Shown: positions 1-8,218, counted from the first letter of the stretch. The stretch is DNA of 20,517 nucleotides from Candidatus Micrarchaeia archaeon (GCA_038870455.1 JAWCPB010000022.1:1-20517); one strand, 5' to 3'. Notes: a model not told the origin generated them from the sequence alone. Made by a program: numbers and translations.

Positions 1-77
1 ACGCGGATAGGTCCTGTGCGATAACTCCACACGAGAGCGCCGTTGCTTGCATTAACAGCGTACAGATTACCATCATC
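1..77 (-). pseudogene. Frameshifted continuation of the PQQ-repeat protein (DDGNLYAVNASNGALVWSYRTGPIR...), open to the window edge
   Basis: Coding strand reads AGC GGAT GAT GGT AAT where the preceding repeat reads AGC TAT GAT GGT AAT, i.e. one extra base. It could be an assembly or sequencing error. Confidence 0.55.
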
Positions 78-354
78 CGCTTCCAACGTACACCACGCCA
101 TTTGCAACAGCCGGCGAAGAAACGATATAGCTTCCTGTGGGATAACGCCACACGAGAGCGCCGTTGCTTGCATTAACAGCGTACAGATTACCATCATAGC
201 TTCCTACGTACACCACGCCATCTGCAACAGCCGGCGAAGAATAAGAGATAAGTCCTGTGGGATAACTCCACACGAGAGCGCCGTTGCTTGCATTAACAGC
301 GTACAGATTATCGCTTCCTACGTACACCACGCCGTTGGCAACTGTGGGCGAAGA
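1..354 (-). repeat. Three tandem ~120-bp coding repeats (1-120, 121-240, 241-354), each encoding one propeller blade
   Basis: The 43-nt core CCACACGAGAGCGCCGTTGCTTGCATTAACAGCGTACAGATTA is identical at 27-69, 148-190 and 268-310. Confidence 0.95.
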
Positions 355-1536
355 ATAGATGGTGTTCCCAGTTGCATAAGTCCATAACAACTCTGCTCTC
401 ATGGGCCCTCTTGCATTAACATATGCCGTGTGATTAAGTGAGCGCCTGAACATGGGCCACTCGTTTTCATTGCGTGGCTCGCTGGACACGGGCGTGTAGT
501 TGAGCGTTATCTCAATTGTTTGGGTTGAGGTGATGTTTGCTGTTGTCGTGTTGAATGGGTTCTTGCTGGCGTTTATGGTGTGGTTGTTGAAATCGACCGC
601 GCCGTAGCCAAGGAGAGAGTCGTTTGAAACAAACCAGGGAGTGAAGCCATTTGCATCGGTTGTTCCCTGAAACTCAAGCCTTCCCAGGGCATCCGAGACA
701 TTCACGGCCGCGCCAGAGATGCCCATGCCTCTGACATCCAGCACGCGCACGCGCGCATACCATTTCACTGTGGCGTTTGAGCCCCCACCATCATAATACA
801 CCCTGTCGCGCTCGAAAGAAGTGTTGAGCAGCGTGTTGTTTATGGAGGGGGTGCCTGCGAGTTCGATGCTGTAGCTCGTGGAGCTTATCATTGAGTCAGA
901 GACGATGTTGTGGCTCGAGCCGCCGACCAGGCGAATCCCAGTCGAGCAGTTCAGAAGGCTGGAGGAGCTCACGTTGTTGTAGCTCGAGCCGAGGTTCAGG
1001 CCTATGCAGTAAGTGAAGTTTTGGATTGTATTGTTTGTGAGCAGGTTCTGGTTGGAGCCCAGCACTACAATGCCATATCCACCTGTCGTATTTGCCAAGC
1101 GGTTATGCCTGACAATATTGCCGGTGCCGGTGACTGAGATGCCGTTCTGGCCGACGTTGTAAATTGTGTTGTTTTCAAATAGGTTCCCTCCAGTGGATGA
1201 TGGTGTGATGCCATTCAGGAAGTTTGCAATAAGGCAGTTCTTTATAGCAATGTTCGCCTGATTGGAGTAGATGCCGTTTCCTGTGCCGGTTCCGGTTATG
1301 CTGTGCCCGGCGCAGTCGAGCGTTATGCCGCTCGCCCCGAGCACGAGCCCGTCCCCGGAGCACGGCCCCAGATCGCTCGTCATGGTCCAGCTTGCAATCA
1401 GCGTGTCGCCGCAGGCGCAGGGGACGGCGCCGCCGCAGTTTGCTGAAAAGGAGAGGGGGGCGGCCGCGAGCAGGAGCAGGAAAATTGCTGAAAGCCTAGA
1501 AGCCAAGCTAACTGCTTGGGTGCCTTGTTCGGTCAT
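73..1536 (-). CDS. Secreted surface protein: signal peptide, Cys-rich cap, right-handed beta-helix (NosD/CASH-like), beta-sandwich linker, PQQ-like beta-propeller repeats; reading frame interrupted at 73-78
   Basis: Hydrophobic leader (LSAIFLLLLAAAPLSFS), CGGAVPCACGD, repeated GI-x-L...N-N-x-I-x-N-N motifs, WPMFRR propeller entry, SSPAVANGVVYVGS/GNLYAVNASNGALVW repeats and many N-x-S/T sequons. I prefer ATG 1536 (GGGTGG upstream) to TTG 1551. Propeller homology continues past the stop in a shifted frame. Confidence 0.8.
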   Translation of the reverse strand: MTEQGTQAVSLASRLSAIFLLLLAAAPLSFSANCGGAVPCACGDTLIASWTMTSDLGPCSGDGLVLGASGITLDCAGHSITGTGTGNGIYSNQANIAIKNCLIANFLNGITPSSTGGNLFENNTIYNVGQNGISVTGTGNIVRHNRLANTTGGYGIVVLGSNQNLLTNNTIQNFTYCIGLNLGSSYNNVSSSSLLNCSTGIRLVGGSSHNIVSDSMISSTSYSIELAGTPSINNTLLNTSFERDRVYYDGGGSNATVKWYARVRVLDVRGMGISGAAVNVSDALGRLEFQGTTDANGFTPWFVSNDSLLGYGAVDFNNHTINASKNPFNTTTANITSTQTIEITLNYTPVSSEPRNENEWPMFRRSLNHTAYVNARGPMRAELLWTYATGNTIYSSPTVANGVVYVGSDNLYAVNASNGALVWSYPTGLISYSSPAVADGVVYVGSYDGNLYAVNASNGALVWRYPTGSYIVSSPAVANGVVYVGSG

Positions 1537-1578
1537 TTTTCCGCCACCCAATCGACGAAGGAGGTTAGGCTGTGGGGA

Positions 1579-1592
1579 TTATTTAAATATTG
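1579..1592 (-). promoter_or_regulatory. TATA box for the surface-protein gene
   Basis: Minus-strand TTTAAATA at 1587-1580, an AT island about 45 nt upstream of ATG 1536. Confidence 0.6.
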
Positions 1593-1624
1593 CAGGACGC
1601 GCGCGGGCGCGCGTACTGGAAAAA
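1593..1624. other. GC-rich inverted repeat plus T5 tract after the ABC permease stop (terminator or operator)
   Basis: ACGCGCGC (1597-1604) GG GCGCGCGT (1607-1614), extended by CAG/CTG. Minus-strand TTTTT at 1624-1620. Confidence 0.4.
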
Positions 1625-1638
1625 CGACTGTACTGCCC

Positions 1639-2841
1639 TCACTCGTACCTTAGCGCCTCGACGGGCTGGAGGAGGGCGGCCTGGCGGGCTGGGACGAATC
1701 CGCTCACCGCGCCAACCGCGACTGAGAATGCGAGCGAGAGGCCGCACAGCTCGAGAGTGACCAAGGTGGGAACGCCGAACTGGGAGAGGATGAAGGAAGC
1801 GGCCACGCCGAGCGCGACGCCGAGCGCGCCGCCCACGAGGCCGATGAGCGCGCTCTCGGCCAGGAACAAGAGAAGTACGTCCCTGTTCCTCGCGCCGATT
1901 GCCTTGAGCGTGCCTATCTCGCGCGTGCGCTCCATGACAGACATGAACATCGTGTTCGCGATGCCGATGCCGCCCACAACGAGGCTGATGGCGGCCACTC
2001 CCCCCAGAAACAGCGAGAGCAGCGAGGTGATGTTGCCGACAGTCTCGAGAATGGTGTCCGCGGTGACAACCGAGAAGTCCTTGTCCTCCTCCGTCACCTT
2101 GTGAAGGTCTAGCAGCCGTCGGTTTATCTCAGCGGCCACCTCGCGCACATCCGCGTCCTTTCTCGTGATGGCAAAAATGGCGAACACGCGCCCCCTCTCG
2201 TACTGGGCGCCCAGCAGCTCCCTCGCCGCCTTAGTGTCGATGATGAGGTCGGTATCGGTGTCCCCGATTCCTATCTTATTCATTATGCCGCGCACCTTGA
2301 AATCCCTGCCGTTTATCTTCAGGGTGTTGCCCACCGCGACGTCTTTTGAGAAAAAGTTGTGCGCCACGTCATGGCCTATGACAACGCTTGAGGTATCGCC
2401 GGGCGAAAACATGCGGCCCGCCTCGAAGCCGTTCAGAATAAACTTGCTATAGACATCTGGGTCGGTGCCCCCGATGCTTCTCGCCACAGTCTCTCCCTTG
2501 AACTCGATTGACGCGGCCGGAACCATTATCGCTCCTGCGGCCGCCTCGACGCCCCCTATGGGCTTAATCGCCTCGACATCGCGCTCGTGCAGCGCGCCCC
2601 TGAAGACCGGAGGGCCTACGGTGAGCCCTCCAGCGCCAAGCTGAGTGGATGGATAGATGATGATGTAGTTCGTGCCATAGATGTTGAGCGCGTTACGTAT
2701 CGCTGCATCAAGCCCCTGGGCTATGCTGATGAGAACGATGATTGCGGCAATGCCGATGACTATGCCGAGGATGGTGAGCCACGAGCGCAGCCTCCTGCGG
2801 GACAGCGAGCGGTAGGAGAGAGCCAGCAGGTCGGGCAGCAT
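1639..2841 (-). CDS. ABC transporter permease, MacB/FtsX family
   Basis: RSWLTILGIVIGIAAII first TM, large extracytoplasmic domain, VGGIGIANTMFMSVMERTREIGTLKAIGA, and C-terminal PARQAALLQPVEALRYE. Confidence 0.95.
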   Translation of the reverse strand: MLPDLLALSYRSLSRRRLRSWLTILGIVIGIAAIIVLISIAQGLDAAIRNALNIYGTNYIIIYPSTQLGAGGLTVGPPVFRGALHERDVEAIKPIGGVEAAAGAIMVPAASIEFKGETVARSIGGTDPDVYSKFILNGFEAGRMFSPGDTSSVVIGHDVAHNFFSKDVAVGNTLKINGRDFKVRGIMNKIGIGDTDTDLIIDTKAARELLGAQYERGRVFAIFAITRKDADVREVAAEINRRLLDLHKVTEEDKDFSVVTADTILETVGNITSLLSLFLGGVAAISLVVGGIGIANTMFMSVMERTREIGTLKAIGARNRDVLLLFLAESALIGLVGGALGVALGVAASFILSQFGVPTLVTLELCGLSLAFSVAVGAVSGFVPARQAALLQPVEALRYE

Positions 2842-4380
2842 TCACCTCGCCCTTCTGCCAAAGAACCTGCGCCAGGTGAGGTAGAGAACGACGAGGATGA
2901 TGATGGCCGCGCCGGCCAGAAGCCAGCCGTTCTGTCCGCCTCCCCTTGCCTGGGCCGCGACCTCCGGCGCGATGACTTCGATATAGGCGGTGCGCTGCAC
3001 CCTGTGAAGCGCGTTCGCGGAGTTCCTGAACTCCACAGACACATTGACCGGCAGCCTGCCGGCAGGCGTGCTCGGCTTGATGAGCACGCTGTACTGCGCT
3101 GTGCCGTAATCATCTGGCTCGAGCGAGCCTATGAAGTACTCGGGCGAGGAGAGATAGACGAGGCCGGGCGATGCCGCGCTCGCCTTCACCGCGCGTATCG
3201 GGCCTGTCCCAACGTTCGAAACCTGAACGGAGAGCGTGTAGGTTCCGCCGGCGACTGCAGGCGCCGGGGAAGTCGTGGCGATGGCATCGACCGCGTTGAT
3301 GCCGGCGACCTCGATGCCGAGCCCCTTTGTCACCGGCGGCTGCTGCACTCCGCTCGCGTCAGAGTACTTGAGCTGCACGCTCAGCGGATAGTAACCCGGC
3401 GCTGCGGCTGTGTTCGCGCCGAGCTCGACAGAAACTGTCTTCGACGCTCCCACAGCCAGGTCGCCTATGAAAATCTCGCTCGGCCCCAGCGGGGAGAAAA
3501 GCGGGCTGCCCGCGGCCGAGGACGCCGCGCTGCCAACCAAAACGCTGGCGCTCCTGGCCACGTCGTTTCCGTTGTTCGTTATTCTCAGCGCCAGCGACAT
3601 CCTGCCGCCCGGCTCCACGCTCGTCTCGCCGCCGACGACCTCTACGGAAAAGTCGACCGCGCTCTTCGCCACCTCAATGGGTCCGATGGAGAGGGTGGCG
3701 TTCTTCTGGCTCCCCAGCGCGTCGGTGTATCTCACCAGCAGGGGAAGCGAGTAGGTGCCCGGGGAGGTGAGCACGGTGGTGGTGAGCGCGTAGGAGACGC
3801 TCGCCTCGCCTCCACCCTCAAGCGTCCCCACCACAACATCCGTCCTGCCCTGTGGAATGAAGTTCGCCGAGGAGGGAGCGACGACCACATCAGTGATTCT
3901 TCCTCCAGTGTTCCTGAGCGTCGCGGAGACGTTGAAGGCCTCGCCGGGAACGAGCGGCCGCTTGCTCACCCGGATGTCGTTGAGCTGAAGGATGGCCGGG
4001 CTCTCTATCGTGACGGGAATGGAGAAGAGCTTGTAGGTCGGGCCGCTGACCGTGCCTCCGGCCCAGTACGCGTTGAGGTTTATTGACGAGGAGCCCGGCC
4101 GCGCGTCCTCCGCCACGCGGAAGGGAACGGTCGCTACCGTGCTCCCGCCCGGCGATATGTCTCCGACGGACAGCGTCATGACCGAGAAGATGAAACCGTG
4201 GCCGCTGGGAACCAGCACGATGCCCGCCACGGTAGAGTCTCCGGTGTTCGCGAAAGTCACCGTGACCGTGGCGGACAGGCCCGGCTTGAGCGTGCTCGGC
4301 GAAACCGAGTAGGACTCGACTTGAATGTCGGCCAGGGTGAGGGAAGCGAGCAGGAGAAGGGCTGGCAGCAGTCGCCTCAT
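2842..4380 (-). CDS. COG1361-like S-layer/CARDB Ig-repeat membrane-anchored protein
   Basis: Start moved to ATG 4380, which overlaps the ATPase stop (ATGA) and gives signal peptide [17 protein letters not shown]. About four PG..V.N.G...G.L..G beta-sandwich repeats, then a C-terminal TM and basic tail. Confidence 0.85.
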   Translation of the reverse strand: MRRLLPALLLLASLTLADIQVESYSVSPSTLKPGLSATVTVTFANTGDSTVAGIVLVPSGHGFIFSVMTLSVGDISPGGSTVATVPFRVAEDARPGSSSINLNAYWAGGTVSGPTYKLFSIPVTIESPAILQLNDIRVSKRPLVPGEAFNVSATLRNTGGRITDVVVAPSSANFIPQGRTDVVVGTLEGGGEASVSYALTTTVLTSPGTYSLPLLVRYTDALGSQKNATLSIGPIEVAKSAVDFSVEVVGGETSVEPGGRMSLALRITNNGNDVARSASVLVGSAASSAAGSPLFSPLGPSEIFIGDLAVGASKTVSVELGANTAAAPGYYPLSVQLKYSDASGVQQPPVTKGLGIEVAGINAVDAIATTSPAPAVAGGTYTLSVQVSNVGTGPIRAVKASAASPGLVYLSSPEYFIGSLEPDDYGTAQYSVLIKPSTPAGRLPVNVSVEFRNSANALHRVQRTAYIEVIAPEVAAQARGGGQNGWLLAGAAIIILVVLYLTWRRFFGRRAR

Positions 4381-5096
4381 TTTTTCAGCACCTCGCTTTT
4401 CTCCACCACGCCGTCCTTCAGATAGATGATGCGCTTGGAGTGCTCGGCGATGTCCATGTCGTGCGTCACGCATATAATTGTTTTGCCTTCCCTGGCGTTC
4501 AGCCCGCTGAGCATCTCCATGATGTCGTGGCCGGTCCTCGTGTCCAGGTTTCCCGTCGGCTCGTCGCACAGGAGAATGGACGGGTTTGCCACAAGGGCGC
4601 GGGCTATGGCGACCCTCTGCCGCTCCCCGCCGGACAGCTGGCCCGGAAGGTGGTGCAGCCGCTCGGCCAGCCCCACCCGCGCCAGCGCGGCCTCGGCGCG
4701 CTCCCTCCTCTCCTCCTCACCGACTCCCTGGAACACGAGTGGAAGCGCCGCGTTCTCCCACGCCGAAAGCGAGGGGATGAGGTGGAAGAACTGGAACACG
4801 AAGCCAATTTTCTTCCCGCGGAATTCAGCGCGCTGGTCTTCCGAAAGCGTGGAGACGTCTGTGTGGTCCATGAGGACTTTGCCTGAAGTGGGGGTGTCCA
4901 GTAGGCCGATGATGTGAAGCAGCGTGCTCTTGCCGCTGCCGCTCTTGCCCATTATCGCAACGAACTCGCGCTCGCGCACGACGAGATCGACGCCGCGCAG
5001 CGCCGGGACCACCGTCTCGTCGAGCCGGTAGTCTTTCGTCACGCCAGAGAGCTCGATGAGGGGCTTTCCCAGCGCCCCGCGCTTTCCCACGCTCAT
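4377..5096 (-). CDS. ABC transporter ATP-binding protein, LolD/MacB-like
   Basis: Walker A GKSGSGKS, signature LSGGERQRV, Walker [14 protein letters not shown]-loop VTHD. Confidence 0.97.
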   Translation of the reverse strand: MSVGKRGALGKPLIELSGVTKDYRLDETVVPALRGVDLVVREREFVAIMGKSGSGKSTLLHIIGLLDTPTSGKVLMDHTDVSTLSEDQRAEFRGKKIGFVFQFFHLIPSLSAWENAALPLVFQGVGEEERRERAEAALARVGLAERLHHLPGQLSGGERQRVAIARALVANPSILLCDEPTGNLDTRTGHDIMEMLSGLNAREGKTIICVTHDMDIAEHSKRIIYLKDGVVEKSEVLKK

Positions 5097-5100
5097 CGCA

Positions 5101-6603
5101 TCAGCTCATTATCTGCTCGGCAATCGCCCGCGGATCGAATGGAATGAGGTCGGCGTAAGACTGCCCGGTGCCGATGAACCAGATGGGCACGCCCGTCGCG
5201 CGCGCTATGCTGAGCGCGGTGCCTCCCTTGGCGTCGCAGTCCAGCTTGGTGAGTATCACGCCATCCAGGCCCACCGCGGCGTTGAACGTCCTCACCTGTT
5301 CGACTATCGCGTGGCCGGCGATGCTCTCGCCTATGAAGAGCTTGAGGTCGGGCTTTGTCACGCGCGCTATCTTCTTCAGCTCGTCGAGCAGGTTTATGTT
5401 CGTCTCCTGCCTGCCCGCGCTGTCGATGAGCACGACGTCGATGCCGTGCGCGGCGGCGTAGTTTATGGCGTCAAAAGCAACGGCCGCCGGGTCTGCGCCG
5501 TACTTGTGCTGTATTGACTTTATGCCGAGCTTGGCTGCGTGCCAGGCGGTCTGCTCCATGGCGGCCGCGCGCCAGGTGTCGCTCGCGCTGAAGAGACAGG
5601 TGAACCCCTTCTGCATGAGCATGTGCGCCAGCTTGGCCATCGTAGTGGTCTTGCCGGCTCCGTTCGGCCCTAGGAAAAGAATCTTGAAAGGCTTTTTGTG
5701 CGCCCGCGCCTGCCCCGCCAACTCGAGGAGGTCGGCGTGCGGCTTTGACATGACTTCTGCGAGCGTTTCCTTTACAGCCGTCTTTACAACGCTGCCGATC
5801 TCGCCCCGCCTCACCTTTCTTCCCACCAGCCTTTCCTGCAGCTCGGTGTTCACAGCCTTTGCTGCCTCGAGAGCCACGTCCGCCTCGAGCAGGCTCAGCT
5901 CGAGGTTCTCGAGCAGGTCGTCTATGTCCTTGTGCTTGATCTCTATCTCGTTGAAAACCAGCCCGCGCAGGGTGGTCTCAAGGCTGAGCCTCACGGGAAG
6001 CTCAGCCTCCTTTTCCTTCCGTTTCTTGAGCGTGGCGAGCGGCCTTGCGATGAGCGAGGTGACGGCCCCGAGAATTCCACCAGGCTCTTTCTCCTCTTTT
6101 CCAGCGGCCTCGGCCCTCGCCTTTTTCTCAGCCTCTTCCCTCGTCCTCGCGCCTTCCCCCTCTTCCTCCCTCGCGCGCCCGGCCGCCTCAGTCCTCTCCT
6201 CGATTTTTTTCTTCTCGGCTTCTTCCCTCGCGCGCTGTTCCGCTTTCTCCCGCTCGCGCTCTTCCTTTCTCCTAGCTGCCTCGGCGCTTTCCTCGGCCCG
6301 CCCTCGCGCGCCCGGCTTCGCAGCCCGCGCCTTCTCCTCTTCGTGTAACTTGACTCCGATTTCTTTTTCCCTTCGCTTCTCTTCAGCCTCGCGCCTTTTC
6401 CCTTCCTCTTCCTTACGCTTTTCCTCGGCGCGCTTCCGCGCGGCTTCTTCCACGCGTTTTTTCTTCTCCTCAGCCTCCCTCCCCTCTTCCTCTCGCCTCC
6501 TCTCCTCCTCTTTTTTCTTTTTCTCTTCCTCGAGTTTTTTCTCAGCCCGGCCGGTGAGGGCGTTGATGAAGCCCGTTATCTTCTGCTTGAGCAGGCCGAA
6601 CAT
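5101..6603 (-). CDS. ftsY: Signal recognition particle receptor FtsY with a long charged N-terminal region
   Basis: GPNGAGKTTT, DTWRAAA, DSAGR, TKLD, AKGG and FIGTGQSYADL motifs. Conserved position downstream of pfdA. Confidence 0.96.
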   Translation of the reverse strand: MFGLLKQKITGFINALTGRAEKKLEEEKKKKEEERRREEEGREAEEKKKRVEEAARKRAEEKRKEEEGKRREAEEKRREKEIGVKLHEEEKARAAKPGARGRAEESAEAARRKEEREREKAEQRAREEAEKKKIEERTEAAGRAREEEGEGARTREEAEKKARAEAAGKEEKEPGGILGAVTSLIARPLATLKKRKEKEAELPVRLSLETTLRGLVFNEIEIKHKDIDDLLENLELSLLEADVALEAAKAVNTELQERLVGRKVRRGEIGSVVKTAVKETLAEVMSKPHADLLELAGQARAHKKPFKILFLGPNGAGKTTTMAKLAHMLMQKGFTCLFSASDTWRAAAMEQTAWHAAKLGIKSIQHKYGADPAAVAFDAINYAAAHGIDVVLIDSAGRQETNINLLDELKKIARVTKPDLKLFIGESIAGHAIVEQVRTFNAAVGLDGVILTKLDCDAKGGTALSIARATGVPIWFIGTGQSYADLIPFDPRAIAEQIMS

Positions 6604-6604
6604 G

Positions 6605-7036
6605 TCACTCGCTTTTTGCGAGAATGCGCTTGGCTTCTGCGTCGAGCTCGCGCAGCCTCTGGTCGAGCTCGGCGAGCGCGGACTGCAGTCGCTCCCGCGT
6701 CTCCTCGACCACCTTGAGCCTCTTCTCGAGTATTTCGGTCGCCTCGGCGGCGCTCTTCTCGGTTATTATGTTGCCGCCTATCTCGACGAGCGCCCTGTCT
6801 CCTCCAGCGATTTTCGCATTCACGAAAACGCCAGCGCCTATGGGAAGCAGCACGTCGCCCCCCCTCACTTCTCTGATGTTCTTTAGCGTCTCCATGGTCG
6901 CCCTGATCTCGATGATGCTGGACTGGAGGCTGGCGATTTGGTTCTGGATGTTCGCGCCCTGCTGCTGGGCGGACTGGGCCTCGAGCGCGATGCGCGACAG
7001 CTCGCCCTTTTTTTCCTCGCTGATCTCCTTCGGCAT
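6605..7036 (-). CDS. pfdA: Prefoldin subunit alpha
   Basis: Two coiled-coil arms flank VLLPIGAGVFVNAKI...ALVEIGGNIITEK. Synteny agrees. Confidence 0.95.
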   Translation of the reverse strand: MPKEISEEKKGELSRIALEAQSAQQQGANIQNQIASLQSSIIEIRATMETLKNIREVRGGDVLLPIGAGVFVNAKIAGGDRALVEIGGNIITEKSAAEATEILEKRLKVVEETRERLQSALAELDQRLRELDAEAKRILAKSE

Positions 7037-7048
7037 AAAAACCCCAAA

Positions 7049-7225
7049 TCATCTTTGTGCTTCAACCTTTTCAATCCTTATGCGCGAGCGCCGGAGCCCG
7101 TGGGCAGCCCCGAGCAGCGCGAATGTCTGCTCGCGCGCCGCCCTCTCGCTGGGAGCCTCGATGATTTTCGAGAACTTCCTGGCTCCCCCCACCAGCTCCA
7201 TGAACCCTTGCACCGCAAACTTCAT
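7049..7225 (-). CDS. rpl18a: 50S ribosomal protein L18Ae/LX (58 aa; absent from the supplied ORF track)
   Basis: Manual translation: MKFAVQGFMELVGGARKFSKIIEAPSERAAREQTFALLGAAHGLRRSRIRIEKVEAQR*. GAGGTGA SD upstream; canonical position before pfdA. Confidence 0.88.
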   Translation of the reverse strand: MKFAVQGFMELVGGARKFSKIIEAPSERAAREQTFALLGAAHGLRRSRIRIEKVEAQR

Positions 7226-7229
7226 CGAA

Positions 7230-7547
7230 TCACCTCACGGGAGTTCCTGGCGGAACTTCCTTGTCAGCTGTCAGAAGCACGATTTTCCCTCCCGCGTCAG
7301 CGGCGAGAAGCATTCCCTGGCTGGTTATGCCCCGAATGGTTTTCGGCTCGAGGTTGGCCAGCACGATGATGCTCTTTCCCACGAGTTCCTCAGGCGCGTA
7401 GTGCCCTGCGATGCCCGCCACGAGCGTGCGCTCGCCGCCTGCGTCGACAGTGAGCTTGAGCAGCTTCTCCGCGCCCGGAACGCGCTCGGCGGCCTTCACC
7501 ATCCCCACGCGCAGGTCGAGTTTCCTGAATTCTTCAAGCGATATCAT
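7230..7547 (-). CDS. Stand-alone tRNA-binding OB-fold protein (MetRS C-terminal domain / Trbp111 / CsaA family)
   Basis: ISLEEFRKLDLRVG...KLLKLTVDAG...LVAGI...LANLEPKTIRGITSQGMLLAA. Confidence 0.92.
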   Translation of the reverse strand: MISLEEFRKLDLRVGMVKAAERVPGAEKLLKLTVDAGGERTLVAGIAGHYAPEELVGKSIIVLANLEPKTIRGITSQGMLLAADAGGKIVLLTADKEVPPGTPVR

Positions 7548-7551
7548 TCTC

Positions 7552-8214
7552 TCACACCAGCTCGAGCGCCTGGTCTATGCGCGCGAGCTCGAAGCCCGTC
7601 GTCGGCTCGCCGGCAAGGTACCCCCTGCTGTTCGCCACCAGGCACAGCCCCACGAAAGGCACGCCCATGTTGCAAGTGCCGATGCCTCCCTTTACCTTCA
7701 GAACGCTCTCGATGGCCCGCAGCTCCTCCTCGCCGGCGTCGTTGTGCGCCAGAAAGCCCCTGTTGGTCGCCACGCACACGCTTCCCACCGTGTTGTAGCC
7801 GGCGATGGAAGCAGGCACGACTTCGACGCCCAGCGCGTCGCTCACCTCCGCCACCTCGCCCCTCTTCATTCTCGGGTTGGCGAGCGCTCCCCTGTCGTTC
7901 GCCACTATGTTGTTTCCGAGCGCGGTGTGCGGCGTCCTCAGCACCGCCGTGTTGAGGCCGGCGCGCTTGAGCGCGGCAACCTCCTCGCCGAGCGCGGTTG
8001 CCGGAAGCACGATGCCGTTCGAGTTCAGCGCGCAGTACAGGCCCGCGAGGGGCGAGCCCGCTATGCCTGTCTCGAGCACGGTCGTCCCGAGCACGCGCTC
8101 GAGCGCGCGCCTGAAGCCCGGCGGCGCCCGGCCGGTTATTGCGATGGCCTCGCTCGCGCGCGCGAACAGGCCGGGAAAAGCGTTTCCTTCTACGAGGACT
8201 CTGGCGGCGTGCAT
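7552..8214 (-). CDS. eif6: Translation initiation factor 6 (aIF6)
   Basis: Start reassigned to ATG 8214, 4 nt after the rpl31e stop. Motifs ALGNNIVANDRGALANP, TVGSVCVATNRG, GTCNMG and TTGFELARIDQAL. Confidence 0.95.
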   Translation of the reverse strand: MHAARVLVEGNAFPGLFARASEAIAITGRAPPGFRRALERVLGTTVLETGIAGSPLAGLYCALNSNGIVLPATALGEEVAALKRAGLNTAVLRTPHTALGNNIVANDRGALANPRMKRGEVAEVSDALGVEVVPASIAGYNTVGSVCVATNRGFLAHNDAGEEELRAIESVLKVKGGIGTCNMGVPFVGLCLVANSRGYLAGEPTTGFELARIDQALELV

Positions 8215-8218
8215 GCGC

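Noticed and set aside
1..354. Repeats as a CRISPR array
   Set aside because: The sequence between the identical cores is also homologous, the period is about 40 codons and encodes propeller blades, and no cas genes are present.
4381..4569. N-terminal extension of the COG1361-like ORF
   Set aside because: It overlaps the ABC ATPase, and the signal peptide begins at ATG 4380.
5101..5700. FtsY DTWRAAA/DSAGR deviations as loss of function
   Set aside because: These are conservative substitutions, and G1, G4 and the closing motifs are intact.
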